Shown here: positions 49,393-58,671 of the stretch, one piece after another
Layout: each line of letters opens with the position of its first letter
How positions within the stretch are numbered: the first letter of the stretch is position 1
Virus record (IMG/VR): IMGVR_UViG_3300042549_007806
Reading direction: 5' to 3' (one strand)
Source of the DNA: an uncultured virus (IMG/VR IMGVR_UViG_3300042549_007806)
Taxonomy: Duplodnaviria > Heunggongvirae > Uroviricota > Caudoviricetes
Length of the DNA stretch: 63,005 nt
The notes under the pieces: model-generated
What the model was told of the DNA's origin: nothing
Database searches by the model: none
What the model saw: only the letters and a program-made list of their open reading frames with translations
Position numbers and translations under genes: made by a program

Positions 49393-49818
49393 ATGAGAAA
49401 AATACAAAATGGAGATACCGTCAAGGTACATTACACAGGAAGATTAGAAGATGGTACTGTTTTCGATTCCTCAATGGTCGAAGGGAGAGACCCTTTGACA
49501 GCAACTTTAGGTCAAGGTCAATTAATTTCAGGTTTTGAATCGGGATTAATTGATATGTCTGTTGGAGACACAAAAGAAGTACAAATTGATCCGTCGGATG
49601 CATATGGCGAATACCTTCCAAACATGGAGCAAGAGGTTCCTTTGGAAAATATGCCAGGAGAAGTTTCAGCAGGAATGCAACTTCAAGCCCAAACTGAAAT
49701 GGGTCCGATTATTTTAACAGTAAAAGAAGTTAAAGAAAGTACAGTCGTGTTGGATGCGAATCACCCACTTGCTGGAAAAAAACTAATTTTCGATTTAGAA
49801 GTATTAGAAATCCAATAA
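49393..49818 (+). CDS. FKBP-type peptidyl-prolyl isomerase (SlyD/SlpA-like, no His tail)
   Basis: VKVHYTGRLEDGTVFDSS, LISGFE, AYGE, LDANHPLAGKKLIF. Confidence 0.92.
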   Translation: MRKIQNGDTVKVHYTGRLEDGTVFDSSMVEGRDPLTATLGQGQLISGFESGLIDMSVGDTKEVQIDPSDAYGEYLPNMEQEVPLENMPGEVSAGMQLQAQTEMGPIILTVKEVKESTVVLDANHPLAGKKLIFDLEVLEIQ

Positions 49819-49899
49819 AAAAATAAACCCCCATTGGTAGCGACACTGATGGGGGTTTTATATAGCCGTTGCTATATCGGTCCTAAGCCGTTTCTTTTG

Positions 49900-50349
49900 T
49901 TACATCTTTATAACAATATTTTCTATTTCCTTTACTAATTCGTTAGAGACATATACATCTCTCATAGTTGATCGACTATAATCTCCTGTGTGGTAATACC
50001 CTAAAGTGTTATCTATATCTTCATTAACTCGTCTAAGAATGTAACTATCTTTTTTCAAGAAGTATTCTAACCTTTGTTTTAACGGTTCGTCAGTTTTGTA
50101 TTCGTAGAATATTTTAATAGCAATTGACATCCATTTTTTTAATGTTTCGTTTGCATCCAAAATAGTCACATCGTACATAGCATAATCATACCACTCACCA
50201 ACTGAAATCATTGGTTTAATTCCAACAATCTCAAATGTGTAAGTTACTGATGTGTTACTTTTATCATCAGGGTATATATAAACAGGAGTTTCAAATTCTT
50301 GTTTTGATACACTTTTGTTAATTTTAGTTATTTCCTCTTTTGTAAACAT
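49900..50349 (-). CDS. Hypothetical protein
   Basis: 149-aa ORF. Confidence 0.65.
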   Translation of the reverse strand: MFTKEEITKINKSVSKQEFETPVYIYPDDKSNTSVTYTFEIVGIKPMISVGEWYDYAMYDVTILDANETLKKWMSIAIKIFYEYKTDEPLKQRLEYFLKKDSYILRRVNEDIDNTLGYYHTGDYSRSTMRDVYVSNELVKEIENIVIKM

Positions 50350-50480
50350 TATCTACCTTGTCCTTTATATTTTTTTGGTCTTTGTTCTTTTGGTCCGAAT
50401 TTTCTTTTTAATTTCCCAACCCTTTTTTTACCAAATGATTGTTTTCTTGAATCACTTGAACCCCCTTTTATTTTTGCCAT
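50349..50480 (-). CDS. Small basic protein (43 aa) ending KKYKGQGR; not in the ORF track
   Basis: Hand translation MAKIKGGSSDSRKQSFGKKRVGKLKRKFGPKEQRPKKYKGQGR; stop overlaps the next ATG; TATTTAT at 50526-50532. Confidence 0.7.
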   Translation of the reverse strand: MAKIKGGSSDSRKQSFGKKRVGKLKRKFGPKEQRPKKYKGQGR

Positions 50481-50611
50481 CTTATTTGAGTTTAATTAAT
50501 GTTTATCGACCAAAAGATCTTACTGATAAATATATTAAATCAATAAAAAAACACCCCCAATCTATGAGGGTGTTTTTGTTGTAAAAGATAATAAAAATTA
50601 ACGGACCATGA

Positions 50612-50983
50612 TCACATGGATTCTCTCATACTCATTATAACAACATCACCAACCTTAACTACAGATTTCAAATTACACACAGGATTCATTTTTATAAGTG
50701 CAGAATCTTGGTCTGTCATTGATTGCAGATTACTTAATGTGTCATTTTTTTTAATTTTATAAAATTTGATGTAGTCCTCCCCTTGATTTTTTATTTCATT
50801 TGACAACCCTTTTGGTGTAAAGCAGTATTTACCACCTTGGTCAGGTTTTGGGTTATTTTTCATCATTTTATTTGCAACATTCAAATAATACGAATCGGGT
50901 TGGAATTGTGATTTTTGTTCCTTTACAATTTTACCGATCAAATTAGTTAATTCAGATTCAGTAAGTCTTACAATTTTTTTCAT
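50612..50983 (-). CDS. Leader-bearing LysM-domain protein
   Basis: MKKIVRLTESEL; YKIKKNDTLSNL...LIKMNP...VGDVV. Confidence 0.7.
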   Translation of the reverse strand: MKKIVRLTESELTNLIGKIVKEQKSQFQPDSYYLNVANKMMKNNPKPDQGGKYCFTPKGLSNEIKNQGEDYIKFYKIKKNDTLSNLQSMTDQDSALIKMNPVCNLKSVVKVGDVVIMSMRESM

Positions 50984-51053
50984 AGTTTAATAATATATTT
51001 TATAAATATGTTTGAAAAACAAAAACCCACCTTTTGTGGGTTTTAAAATTTAA

Positions 51054-51527
51054 TCAGATTTCTGTTACTTCAGTACACCCATCTTCAGTTGTTTCTGAAT
51101 CCAAAATTTCTTTATGGTACATTTTACCACTCCATGGATCAAAAAATTCTTCACTTCTTAAGACTTGCATATCATAAGTAGATAAATCATAATATGACTC
51201 AACGGTATCTTGATAATAATATCGGTTATATTCAGTTACATCTTCACTCCACTCAACTCTTAGTTTTTTTAGTTGTGGTCTTGGGGGTAACTCTGTAATA
51301 TCTTCCTCGTCATAAACTATCTGTGAAAATAACTTAAACAAATAAGTTATATCTGGAACTTGTAAGTTATCAATTCCAAAATAGGATGCCTTTGTTTCTA
51401 TCATGTTATAACTTGATAAAAATTCTTCCAAGCTATATGAATCAACATCATTATCCACAAATTCTTCTCTTATTTGATTAATAAGAAGAAGAAGTGCTTT
51501 ATCGCTAAGTTTTTCTAATGGAGACAT
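51054..51527 (-). CDS. Acidic hypothetical protein
   Basis: 157-aa ORF. Confidence 0.65.
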   Translation of the reverse strand: MSPLEKLSDKALLLLINQIREEFVDNDVDSYSLEEFLSSYNMIETKASYFGIDNLQVPDITYLFKLFSQIVYDEEDITELPPRPQLKKLRVEWSEDVTEYNRYYYQDTVESYYDLSTYDMQVLRSEEFFDPWSGKMYHKEILDSETTEDGCTEVTEI

Positions 51528-51532
51528 TTGGT

Positions 51533-52096
51533 CTATGCAAAGTTAGTTGGAGTTTCCTCAGAATCAATTTTGGCAAAGTCAAACCCGCCACATGGTAAAT
51601 TATTATTAAGGTATTCTGCCAATTTTACATTACGGTAGGTCCCTTGAACTTTTTTACCTGAAAACCAAGAATTAGAAGATTGTACCGTAAGAGTAATATT
51701 GAAAACATCATCACCACATTTAAAATCAGGTTCAGCTGTTATTCTCGTAGAAAGAGCAAGGTTATCAAGATCCTCCAATTCAAATAAAATAACATCCTGT
51801 GTAAGAATTCTTACTCCTTTAATTTTTCCTTTGATTGTTCCGGTTTTAAATTCATCCCAATAACTAGCATCAAGATTAGATAATGATTCCTTATCCACCT
51901 CAGAAGCGTACCATACATCTGTTTTCACATCCGCACCAATTACTCTATTTAAATTTATTGGTTCGAATTTTACAGTTTTTCCAATCAATTGGTGTAATGG
52001 GTTTGTGGTAACTTCACTAATCAAAGGTCTAACATCCCCAATTGTTGACTCCAATAAAGAGTTAAACCTATTTCTGTATTGTTCAATATTTTTCAT
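51533..52096 (-). CDS. Leader-bearing hypothetical protein
   Basis: RFNSLLESTIGDVRPLISE. Confidence 0.7.
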   Translation of the reverse strand: MKNIEQYRNRFNSLLESTIGDVRPLISEVTTNPLHQLIGKTVKFEPINLNRVIGADVKTDVWYASEVDKESLSNLDASYWDEFKTGTIKGKIKGVRILTQDVILFELEDLDNLALSTRITAEPDFKCGDDVFNITLTVQSSNSWFSGKKVQGTYRNVKLAEYLNNNLPCGGFDFAKIDSEETPTNFA

Positions 52097-52121
52097 AATT
52101 AAATTGTTTTATATATAAATA

Positions 52122-52964
52122 TTAGTCTTCATTGTAAAATATATCAATGATATCAGAGAACTTTAGTCCCATTTGTGTAATACCAAGTTTTTCTGAGATT
52201 TCACCATCAACATAGTCAAATCCATTCTCATCATGAAACCATTCAAAATCACCACTATCCCATCCAAACCTATTATCTTCATCGGATCTATATTGGTATA
52301 AGTATTTTTTCCCATCAATATCAACAAGATACATGGGTCCAAAATAATTTAACATTCGTCTAATTAAATCGGGACCAATTATATCATCAAATTCCAAGGG
52401 AACATCGTAGGCATCTTTTATTTCTTCAATCTTATCTGTGAAGTCAATTCCCATTACATCAATTAAAAACTTTTTCTTCTTATCAATTGATTCTTTAATC
52501 TTCTTTTTCTTTTTGACATTATACTTTCTTGTATTAGAACTTCTCCATTCATATTCTGTACCGTCAGTATCGAGTTCCACCTTATTTTCAAAATCATAAT
52601 CATATTGAACACAATCACATTTAATACCCAATTGTTCATAAACATAATCAACAAGAACTTTAGAAAATAATTTATGTCGAAAATAAGGAACATACCCCTC
52701 GAGTTTTTCAGTAACATCTCGTGATAATGTCAAGTCTTTTTTGCAACCCGCGTTTCCATATTTTCCCAAATAGATTTCAGCTATATCTTCACCATTTTGG
52801 TCGTGTATGGTATGTTGATATATTTCACCACCATCTTCATTATCTACAATAGAAAGTTTCCCAAATAAAGTTTCCAAAAGATTCGACACCAATTCTTTGT
52901 ATCGTTCTTTTTTGATATCCTCCATAAGGGAGACATATTGTGATTCCAAAATTAAAACCTTCAT
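52122..52964 (-). CDS. Leader-bearing two-domain hypothetical protein
   Basis: MKVLILESQYVSLMED. Confidence 0.7.
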   Translation of the reverse strand: MKVLILESQYVSLMEDIKKERYKELVSNLLETLFGKLSIVDNEDGGEIYQHTIHDQNGEDIAEIYLGKYGNAGCKKDLTLSRDVTEKLEGYVPYFRHKLFSKVLVDYVYEQLGIKCDCVQYDYDFENKVELDTDGTEYEWRSSNTRKYNVKKKKKIKESIDKKKKFLIDVMGIDFTDKIEEIKDAYDVPLEFDDIIGPDLIRRMLNYFGPMYLVDIDGKKYLYQYRSDEDNRFGWDSGDFEWFHDENGFDYVDGEISEKLGITQMGLKFSDIIDIFYNED

Positions 52965-53056
52965 AAAGATAAATACAACAAGGAGGGGGTTTGGGGGAGG
53001 TTCAGGTCAAAAAAAATTTTCCAGAAATTGACCTTCACCATCCACTATAAATGATT

Positions 53057-53617
53057 TTAATATCCATTACCATAAGGATCACCAAAAGATGCATAAGATT
53101 TAATTCTTTCTCTTTTATAACATTCAGTCCAACATTCAAACTCAGGGATATTATAAAAATCCATATTATGAATTTCAATATGAGGTTGTATTAAAGGTTT
53201 AAACTTAATTAAAAGATGTTTAGTAATTTCAGGAAGATATGAATCAATCTCATAAAATAATGACTCTGTAGAAATATACTCCTCACAATGTGGGGTTCTA
53301 TAAACCGGTTCAAAATTCATGGGGTTATATACAGGACTACAAATAACATCAAAGATCACAAGTTCCATATAAGTCATTCCATACCAATCGACCTTTCTTT
53401 CTTTAGGGTTTCGGTTTCTAATAAAAATATCAAACCTCAAGTTAGGGTATATCGTTTCAATAAATTTACCCAAGAGTTTCAAATATTTTTTATGGATGAG
53501 GTATTGTAGTTTTGCATTTTCATACATGGACTTATAATCAGAATAAGAATTATAAGTATGATTCATATACTCATTCATGAAGTTATCGCTAAATCTCACA
53601 TTATCACAAAGTCCCAT
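53057..53617 (-). CDS. Hypothetical protein
   Basis: 186-aa ORF. Confidence 0.6.
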   Translation of the reverse strand: MGLCDNVRFSDNFMNEYMNHTYNSYSDYKSMYENAKLQYLIHKKYLKLLGKFIETIYPNLRFDIFIRNRNPKERKVDWYGMTYMELVIFDVICSPVYNPMNFEPVYRTPHCEEYISTESLFYEIDSYLPEITKHLLIKFKPLIQPHIEIHNMDFYNIPEFECWTECYKRERIKSYASFGDPYGNGY

Positions 53618-53667
53618 GAAAAAATATAAATAAAAAAAATCCCCCGATCAAATGAAAGGGGGAAATT

Positions 53668-53841
53668 TTAAAAATTAAAGGTATCTTTTAATGTCTTAAA
53701 TCCGAGATAATAAATTAACATCCCAAGAATGGCTCCAAATATTTCATTCACATATTTTACATAATAGGGAATCCCCATAAGGGCCAAAAACATAAAGACC
53801 ACAAGAAGGATCAAAAAGAGATGAGGTTTTAAACGATTCAT
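53668..53841 (-). CDS. Small two-TM membrane protein (57 aa); not in the ORF track
   Basis: Hand translation MNRLKPHLFLILLVVFMFLALMGIPYYVKYVNEIFGAILGMLIYYLGFKTLKDTFNF; followed by a hairpin. Confidence 0.5.
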   Translation of the reverse strand: MNRLKPHLFLILLVVFMFLALMGIPYYVKYVNEIFGAILGMLIYYLGFKTLKDTFNF

Positions 53842-53924
53842 AATTATTTTTTAAAAAAATGATCCACCATTACAAAAATGGAGTAAACAATAATAAATCC
53901 AACTATTACAACAGAATCAACCAT

Positions 53925-54104
53925 TTATAATTTAGATACTTTATTCATAAGGAATCTTAATTTATTTTCCAAATCTCTAATTTGCAAAAGTTGTTGTTCA
54001 TTCAAATTAATGGATTCCCCCTTAATGGAAGAAATTTTATTTTGTATTTTTGTGTGTTCATACATCAACTGTGTATAAAGTTCGGCTTTTTGCTGATTTG
54101 TCAT
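53925..54104 (-). CDS. Small coiled-coil protein (59 aa); not in the ORF track
   Basis: Hand translation MTNQQKAELYTQLMYEHTKIQNKISSIKGESINLNEQQLLQIRDLENKLRFLMNKVSKL. Confidence 0.6.
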   Translation of the reverse strand: MTNQQKAELYTQLMYEHTKIQNKISSIKGESINLNEQQLLQIRDLENKLRFLMNKVSKL

Positions 54105-54189
54105 AATTAAATATAAGTTATTTTTTTATAAAGGAAAATAAAAAACCCCACCTTTATGATGGGGTCGATTATTTTATAATGAATAAATG

Positions 54190-54648
54190 TTAGTTTTCAG
54201 GTCCAATTTTATCACTAATGGCTCCCACAATTCCTTTTTTTAACATCGTAATATATAAAGTTAAAGTTGCAATGGCAGCCCCGATTACTTTAGCGGTTTC
54301 AACAGTATCACTATCAATAACTTTGCCTGATTCCAATTTAGCAATGTCTGTTTCCAATCTTTCAAGATCTGCAGCAAGTTTTTTATTTTCTTGTCTCAAT
54401 CTTTTTCTTTGTGCTGCTTTACGAAGTCTCATTCTTAAAGTACCACCAACGATTGCTTTTTTAGAGACCAACTGAGATTTAGTTTTTTCCAATTCCATCT
54501 TTAACGCTTCAAGTTCCTCAACTTCTTGTTCCAAAGCAGTTTTAGTAGATTCCTCCTCACCTTGTTCATTTAAAGAATTGTTGTACCCATGCTTTCTATG
54601 CATTTCAAGAATTTCATTCTTTTCTGATTCTGTTAAAATATTTTTCAT
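54190..54648 (-). CDS. Leader-bearing coiled-coil protein with C-terminal hydrophobic helix
   Basis: MKNILTESEKNEILEMH...LNEQ. Confidence 0.7.
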   Translation of the reverse strand: MKNILTESEKNEILEMHRKHGYNNSLNEQGEEESTKTALEQEVEELEALKMELEKTKSQLVSKKAIVGGTLRMRLRKAAQRKRLRQENKKLAADLERLETDIAKLESGKVIDSDTVETAKVIGAAIATLTLYITMLKKGIVGAISDKIGPEN

Positions 54649-54725
54649 AATATAATTTTATTTTATTTGCTTATTTTAAATATAAATATATCTTAAAATA
54701 AAAAACCCTCTTTAGGGGAGGGGAT

Positions 54726-55103
54726 TTATAATCTTTCTTCATCATAACCGTAGATTGTTGTATACACACTAAATGGTAGAATTTCCAAATAATCAAGATA
54801 AAACGTTTCATCGAGTTCATTAATATACCACATAGAATCACCATAATCACTATCGGCCCAAACAGGATAATAGTCATCACCATCTTTAGTTATAGAATCA
54901 ATAATAATATCCATATCACCAACAGCTTCTACCCCCTTACCAACAACACTTCTAACAACAACGTGAAATTTAAATTCATAGTTAACATCTTGCGTGACAT
55001 TGTTATACCCATCATAAACATGTTCAACGTCTGTGAGCGTCATTTCAAACTCCTTATTTTCAAAGAGTTTTTTAAGTAAAGATATTAGTTTTTCATTTTT
55101 CAT
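54726..55103 (-). CDS. Hypothetical protein
   Basis: 125-aa ORF. Confidence 0.65.
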   Translation of the reverse strand: MKNEKLISLLKKLFENKEFEMTLTDVEHVYDGYNNVTQDVNYEFKFHVVVRSVVGKGVEAVGDMDIIIDSITKDGDDYYPVWADSDYGDSMWYINELDETFYLDYLEILPFSVYTTIYGYDEERL

Positions 55104-55474
55104 TAACGGGGATATTCTAAAGGTAATATTTTTTCCAAATGTATTTTACCCTTTTCAATAAAATAATCCATTAAAACTTTTCGAGGGATATATCTAAGTC
55201 CATCAGTAATTCTAAAATCTGATGAACTTAAAACACTAACAACTTTATTATTTTTAGTTAAAAAACGAATACTTCTATGCTTATAATCGTTAGGAAATTT
55301 AAAATAAAAAACAACAGAGTCATGGTTTCTTCCAAAATTATCATGGGTCCTTCCATCATATTCACAACCGTCATACTCAATACCTTCCATTTCCAAGATT
55401 TGTTCAACAATATTAGTCTTGTCGGAGGATTCCAATAGTTTTATATATTGAGATTCTGTAAGAATGATTTTCAT
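55103..55474 (-). CDS. Leader-bearing hypothetical protein
   Basis: MKIILTESQYIKLLES. Confidence 0.7.
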   Translation of the reverse strand: MKIILTESQYIKLLESSDKTNIVEQILEMEGIEYDGCEYDGRTHDNFGRNHDSVVFYFKFPNDYKHRSIRFLTKNNKVVSVLSSSDFRITDGLRYIPRKVLMDYFIEKGKIHLEKILPLEYPR

Positions 55475-55535
55475 ATAAGATAAATATATGGGAAAATAAA
55501 AAACCCCACCGATGAGGTAGGGTTTAGTTGTTTAA

Positions 55536-56219
55536 TTAATGTTTTTTCTGTAGTTCCTTACTATACTCTGAAACAGGAATAGGGGTTCCGACAGGGAAAG
55601 GGAAACCAATCTTTGCTGCCGTAACAGATGTTTGTCCGTTTTTAACAGGTACAGCTTTACGCAATGGGACCGCAGCTTCATTAAGTGGTCCATAAACTTT
55701 TGCCAACACAATACCTGTAGAAGTTGTATCAAAGATGATACCTGGCATTGCAAACATATTACTTTCACTTGTAGATGGTTTATCCATATTAATCACAAAT
55801 GATCTATTTTTAGGTGACATCATTTCCCACTTCTTAGTAGATGGATTAAATTGGGGAATAGTGGTGGTTGAATCATAATACCAAAACAAAGACCATACAG
55901 TATTACTTTTTCCGTTTGGAGTTTGGAAATTATCGTTCACATTGAACTTACCATAAGTATCACTAATACCTTCCATAGCCAAGTTGGATAAAGATGGTCC
56001 CTCCAACACAGGACAAATGGCACAACCCTCGTTATACTCAACACCTTGGACAACAATCTTTCTTCCCGTAGGAACAGCAGATGATGCTCCACAAAATGCA
56101 AATGATCCCTTGTGTAGTTTCACAATTTTATCAGACTTAATGTCTTCAAGAGTTTCAGTTTTCGTACTACAACCAATTAACATAGTTGTGGTAACAATAA
56201 ATAATAATAATTTTTTCAT
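55536..56219 (-). CDS. Lipoprotein
   Basis: MKKLLLFIVTTTMLIG-C lipobox. Confidence 0.7.
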   Translation of the reverse strand: MKKLLLFIVTTTMLIGCSTKTETLEDIKSDKIVKLHKGSFAFCGASSAVPTGRKIVVQGVEYNEGCAICPVLEGPSLSNLAMEGISDTYGKFNVNDNFQTPNGKSNTVWSLFWYYDSTTTIPQFNPSTKKWEMMSPKNRSFVINMDKPSTSESNMFAMPGIIFDTTSTGIVLAKVYGPLNEAAVPLRKAVPVKNGQTSVTAAKIGFPFPVGTPIPVSEYSKELQKKH

Positions 56220-56313
56220 AGGTTTTATTTTAAATATAAATATTATACATAAAAAAGAAAACCCCTCCGTTGAAGGAAGGGTTTTAATGTATAGTTCTTT
56301 ATTTTTTTAATTA

Positions 56314-56547
56314 TTAAAGTCCGACATATGAACGAAAATCATTTATGAGTTCATCATAAATCATATACACTTCGTCAATATTTTCACACTCCATTTCTTC
56401 ATCCATATCTAGGAACCCTCCAAGTTCTGATTGTATGTCATCGTACATATCTTCGGGACTTTGTTCTTCAGGTGAAGTTTTAACAAACGACATAAAATCA
56501 TTAAAAACATATTCCATATTTGAAATAATTACTTCACAGTCATCCAT
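56314..56547 (-). CDS. Small acidic protein
   Basis: 77-aa D/E-rich ORF. Confidence 0.55.
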   Translation of the reverse strand: MDDCEVIISNMEYVFNDFMSFVKTSPEEQSPEDMYDDIQSELGGFLDMDEEMECENIDEVYMIYDELINDFRSYVGL

Positions 56548-56562
56548 TTATTTAAACTTATT

Positions 56563-56838
56563 TTATTTACCTTTATATAGTATTCCACTTCCATAAGGGG
56601 AAGTACTACCGTCTTCTTTCTTTTTAACCTGACCCGAAACAATCACTATATTAGCAATACTATTACCATTTTTTACAAAGTAATTTCCTTTTTGACTTGG
56701 TTGGTCAGTAGGTTCAATTTTTGTCATAAGATAAGTACCATCAGGAAAATTAATTAAGTCACCTGGTGAGAATACTCCCTCATTTATTACACGTTTAACG
56801 ATACGTGATAAATCTCTTTCTGTTAATTTGTTTTTCAT
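56563..56838 (-). CDS. Leader-bearing hypothetical protein
   Basis: MKNKLTERDLSRIVKRVINEG. Confidence 0.7.
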   Translation of the reverse strand: MKNKLTERDLSRIVKRVINEGVFSPGDLINFPDGTYLMTKIEPTDQPSQKGNYFVKNGNSIANIVIVSGQVKKKEDGSTSPYGSGILYKGK

Positions 56839-56916
56839 AATATATTTTTTATTTGTTTATTAACGATTTAAATATAAATACCCCGATTTTCCTAAAATTT
56901 TTCTGGAATTTTTTTT

Positions 56917-57360
56917 TTAGAATTGTAGAGTACCTACAACTTGATTTTGAGTATCGGTTATTGATATACCTGGTTTTTCTTGTCCTGGTGCCATGACCCC
57001 TGAACTAACTTTATCACTATAAGTCCATTTGTAGTCACCCCCTTGGAACCCTCTGCCACCGATATTTTTAACCGTAAAGTTGTTTTTCCACTGATTATCA
57101 TAATCAGTTATTTGAATTCCGTCAACTGTAGTAGGGAAACCATAATCATCAAAATTAACAGTTCCTGTCTTTTTACTCATGAAATAATTCTTATCAAAAT
57201 TAGTTGTCCCTTCTTCTTCTGAAATAAGTGGTTTTGCATTACCAAGTTTGGCATTTAATAATCTTGAGAAATTTTCAGTCATAACTTTAATTCCTCCTGT
57301 GTGTTGTTCACGAATTCTATTTTTCTCCTCTGAACTTAAATTATTTAATAAGTGTTTCAT
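56917..57360 (-). CDS. Leader-bearing hypothetical protein
   Basis: LSSEEKNRIREQH...FSRLLNAKLGNAKPLISEE. Confidence 0.7.
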   Translation of the reverse strand: MKHLLNNLSSEEKNRIREQHTGGIKVMTENFSRLLNAKLGNAKPLISEEEGTTNFDKNYFMSKKTGTVNFDDYGFPTTVDGIQITDYDNQWKNNFTVKNIGGRGFQGGDYKWTYSDKVSSGVMAPGQEKPGISITDTQNQVVGTLQF

Positions 57361-57665
57361 AATATATTTCTTTAGTTATAAATACTCCGATTTTCCCAAA
57401 ATTTTCTGGAATTTTTTTTTAGTGTATAGGGGGTATTCCGATTTTTAAAGATTTTTTCCCAAAATATTTTTTAAGACCATATTACCTTTTTTAAAACTTA
57501 TACTCTGCAAGGGGGATTGACCCCCATTTTGGACCCTGTCAAAGTGTCAGAAAGAGGGGGGATACGGGGGAGGGGGACCCCAATTATTAAGGGGAGGGGG
57601 GTATGCCAAACAAAGAGGGGGACCTATAAGACCCCCCAATTGTTAATAAGTATTTTATATGGTGA

Positions 57666-57929
57666 TTAGTATTGTACAGGCGATAACTTCTTATCCTTAA
57701 TACAGTTCATTGCAGTTATTGCTTTCATCCCCACACCCATAGGATCTTTAGATGCCATTTCTAAAAGAGCTTCAATACATTTGCCAGGATCTCCTGCTGT
57801 ACAAGCCATAGGTACAGTGATCCCTGCAGATTTACAACATGCTGACAACTCTTTAGTGGGGGCAACTTGTTCAGACAATACTCTACTTACTATACGATCT
57901 ATGTCTGATTCATTTAATCTTCTTCTCAT
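57666..57929 (-). CDS. Leader-bearing small Cys-rich protein
   Basis: MRRRLNESDIDRIVSRVLSEQ; 5 Cys. Confidence 0.7.
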   Translation of the reverse strand: MRRRLNESDIDRIVSRVLSEQVAPTKELSACCKSAGITVPMACTAGDPGKCIEALLEMASKDPMGVGMKAITAMNCIKDKKLSPVQY

Positions 57930-57946
57930 TGTTTTATTTTTTAATG

Positions 57947-58060
57947 TTAATTTTATTTTTTACTTATATAAATATTAAGCCATGTCAAAAAAAATCCATA
58001 CCTTAATTTTATTTTTTACTTATATAAATATTAGGCCATGTCAAAAAAAATCCATACCTT
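57947..58060. repeat. 56-bp tandem duplication of a promoter region
   Basis: ttaattttattttttacttatataaatatta(a/g)gccatgtcaaaaaaaatccatacc x2, one mismatch. Confidence 0.9.
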
Positions 58061-58190
58061 TGTAGTGTAACCTTTTTAATCGGGGGGGACCGAGTAGACT
58101 CCAACCTGCCTTATATTTTTATATAAGGATCCCCATCTTTTTGTGAAGGACCCTCTTGTCCTTGTCGAAATGTTTTCATATCTTTATAGT

Positions 58191-58364
58191 ATGAAAACAA
58201 TTCTATTTATAAATCTTATGTTCGCTTATATTGTCATTGGAGCTTCTATCTTCATGGGGGTTTGTTTAATGTCCCTTAAGTATTTCCCCACCTCTAAAGT
58301 AAGTGGATTCATTCGTCGTCATGTTATTACTGATGTTGACTTGGATCCTCCCCATCAGGACTAA
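58191..58364 (+). CDS. Small membrane protein
   Basis: MKTILFINLMFAYIVIGASIFMGVCLM; ATG at 58191. Confidence 0.45.
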   Translation: MKTILFINLMFAYIVIGASIFMGVCLMSLKYFPTSKVSGFIRRHVITDVDLDPPHQD

Positions 58365-58671
58365 AGAATTTCTCTACATGTTCTATACTCATATTAACTA
58401 TGAGTGATCTTATTTCTTGGTAGTCATTTTCTGACAGGTTATAGTATTGATTTAAAAACTGTAACACATCCCCCATGTCTGCATCCACAATTACAAATTG
58501 TCTTTTACTAAGGATTGGTTTCTTGGACCACTTCTTTTTTGCAAACTCAAAAAATACAACCCCATCATCTGTGAGTCCTTGCTTATGTTTGAATAAACAT
58601 TTGATCCCCATCTTATCTTCTACCACACATTGGGTATACTGTTCTTTAAGAAATTTCTCTATTGCGTTCAT
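58327..58671 (-). CDS. Hypothetical protein
   Basis: 114-aa ORF with upstream TATTTAT. Confidence 0.6.
   Translation of the reverse strand: MNAIEKFLKEQYTQCVVEDKMGIKCLFKHKQGLTDDGVVFFEFAKKKWSKKPILSKRQFVIVDADMGDVLQFLNQYYNLSENDYQEIRSLIVNMSIEHVEKFFSPDGEDPSQHQ

Noticed and set aside
58063..58142. Possible tRNA or small RNA downstream of TACCTTTG
   Set aside because: No cloverleaf or T-loop consensus; only weak GGGGA/TCCCC pairing, which is insufficient to call
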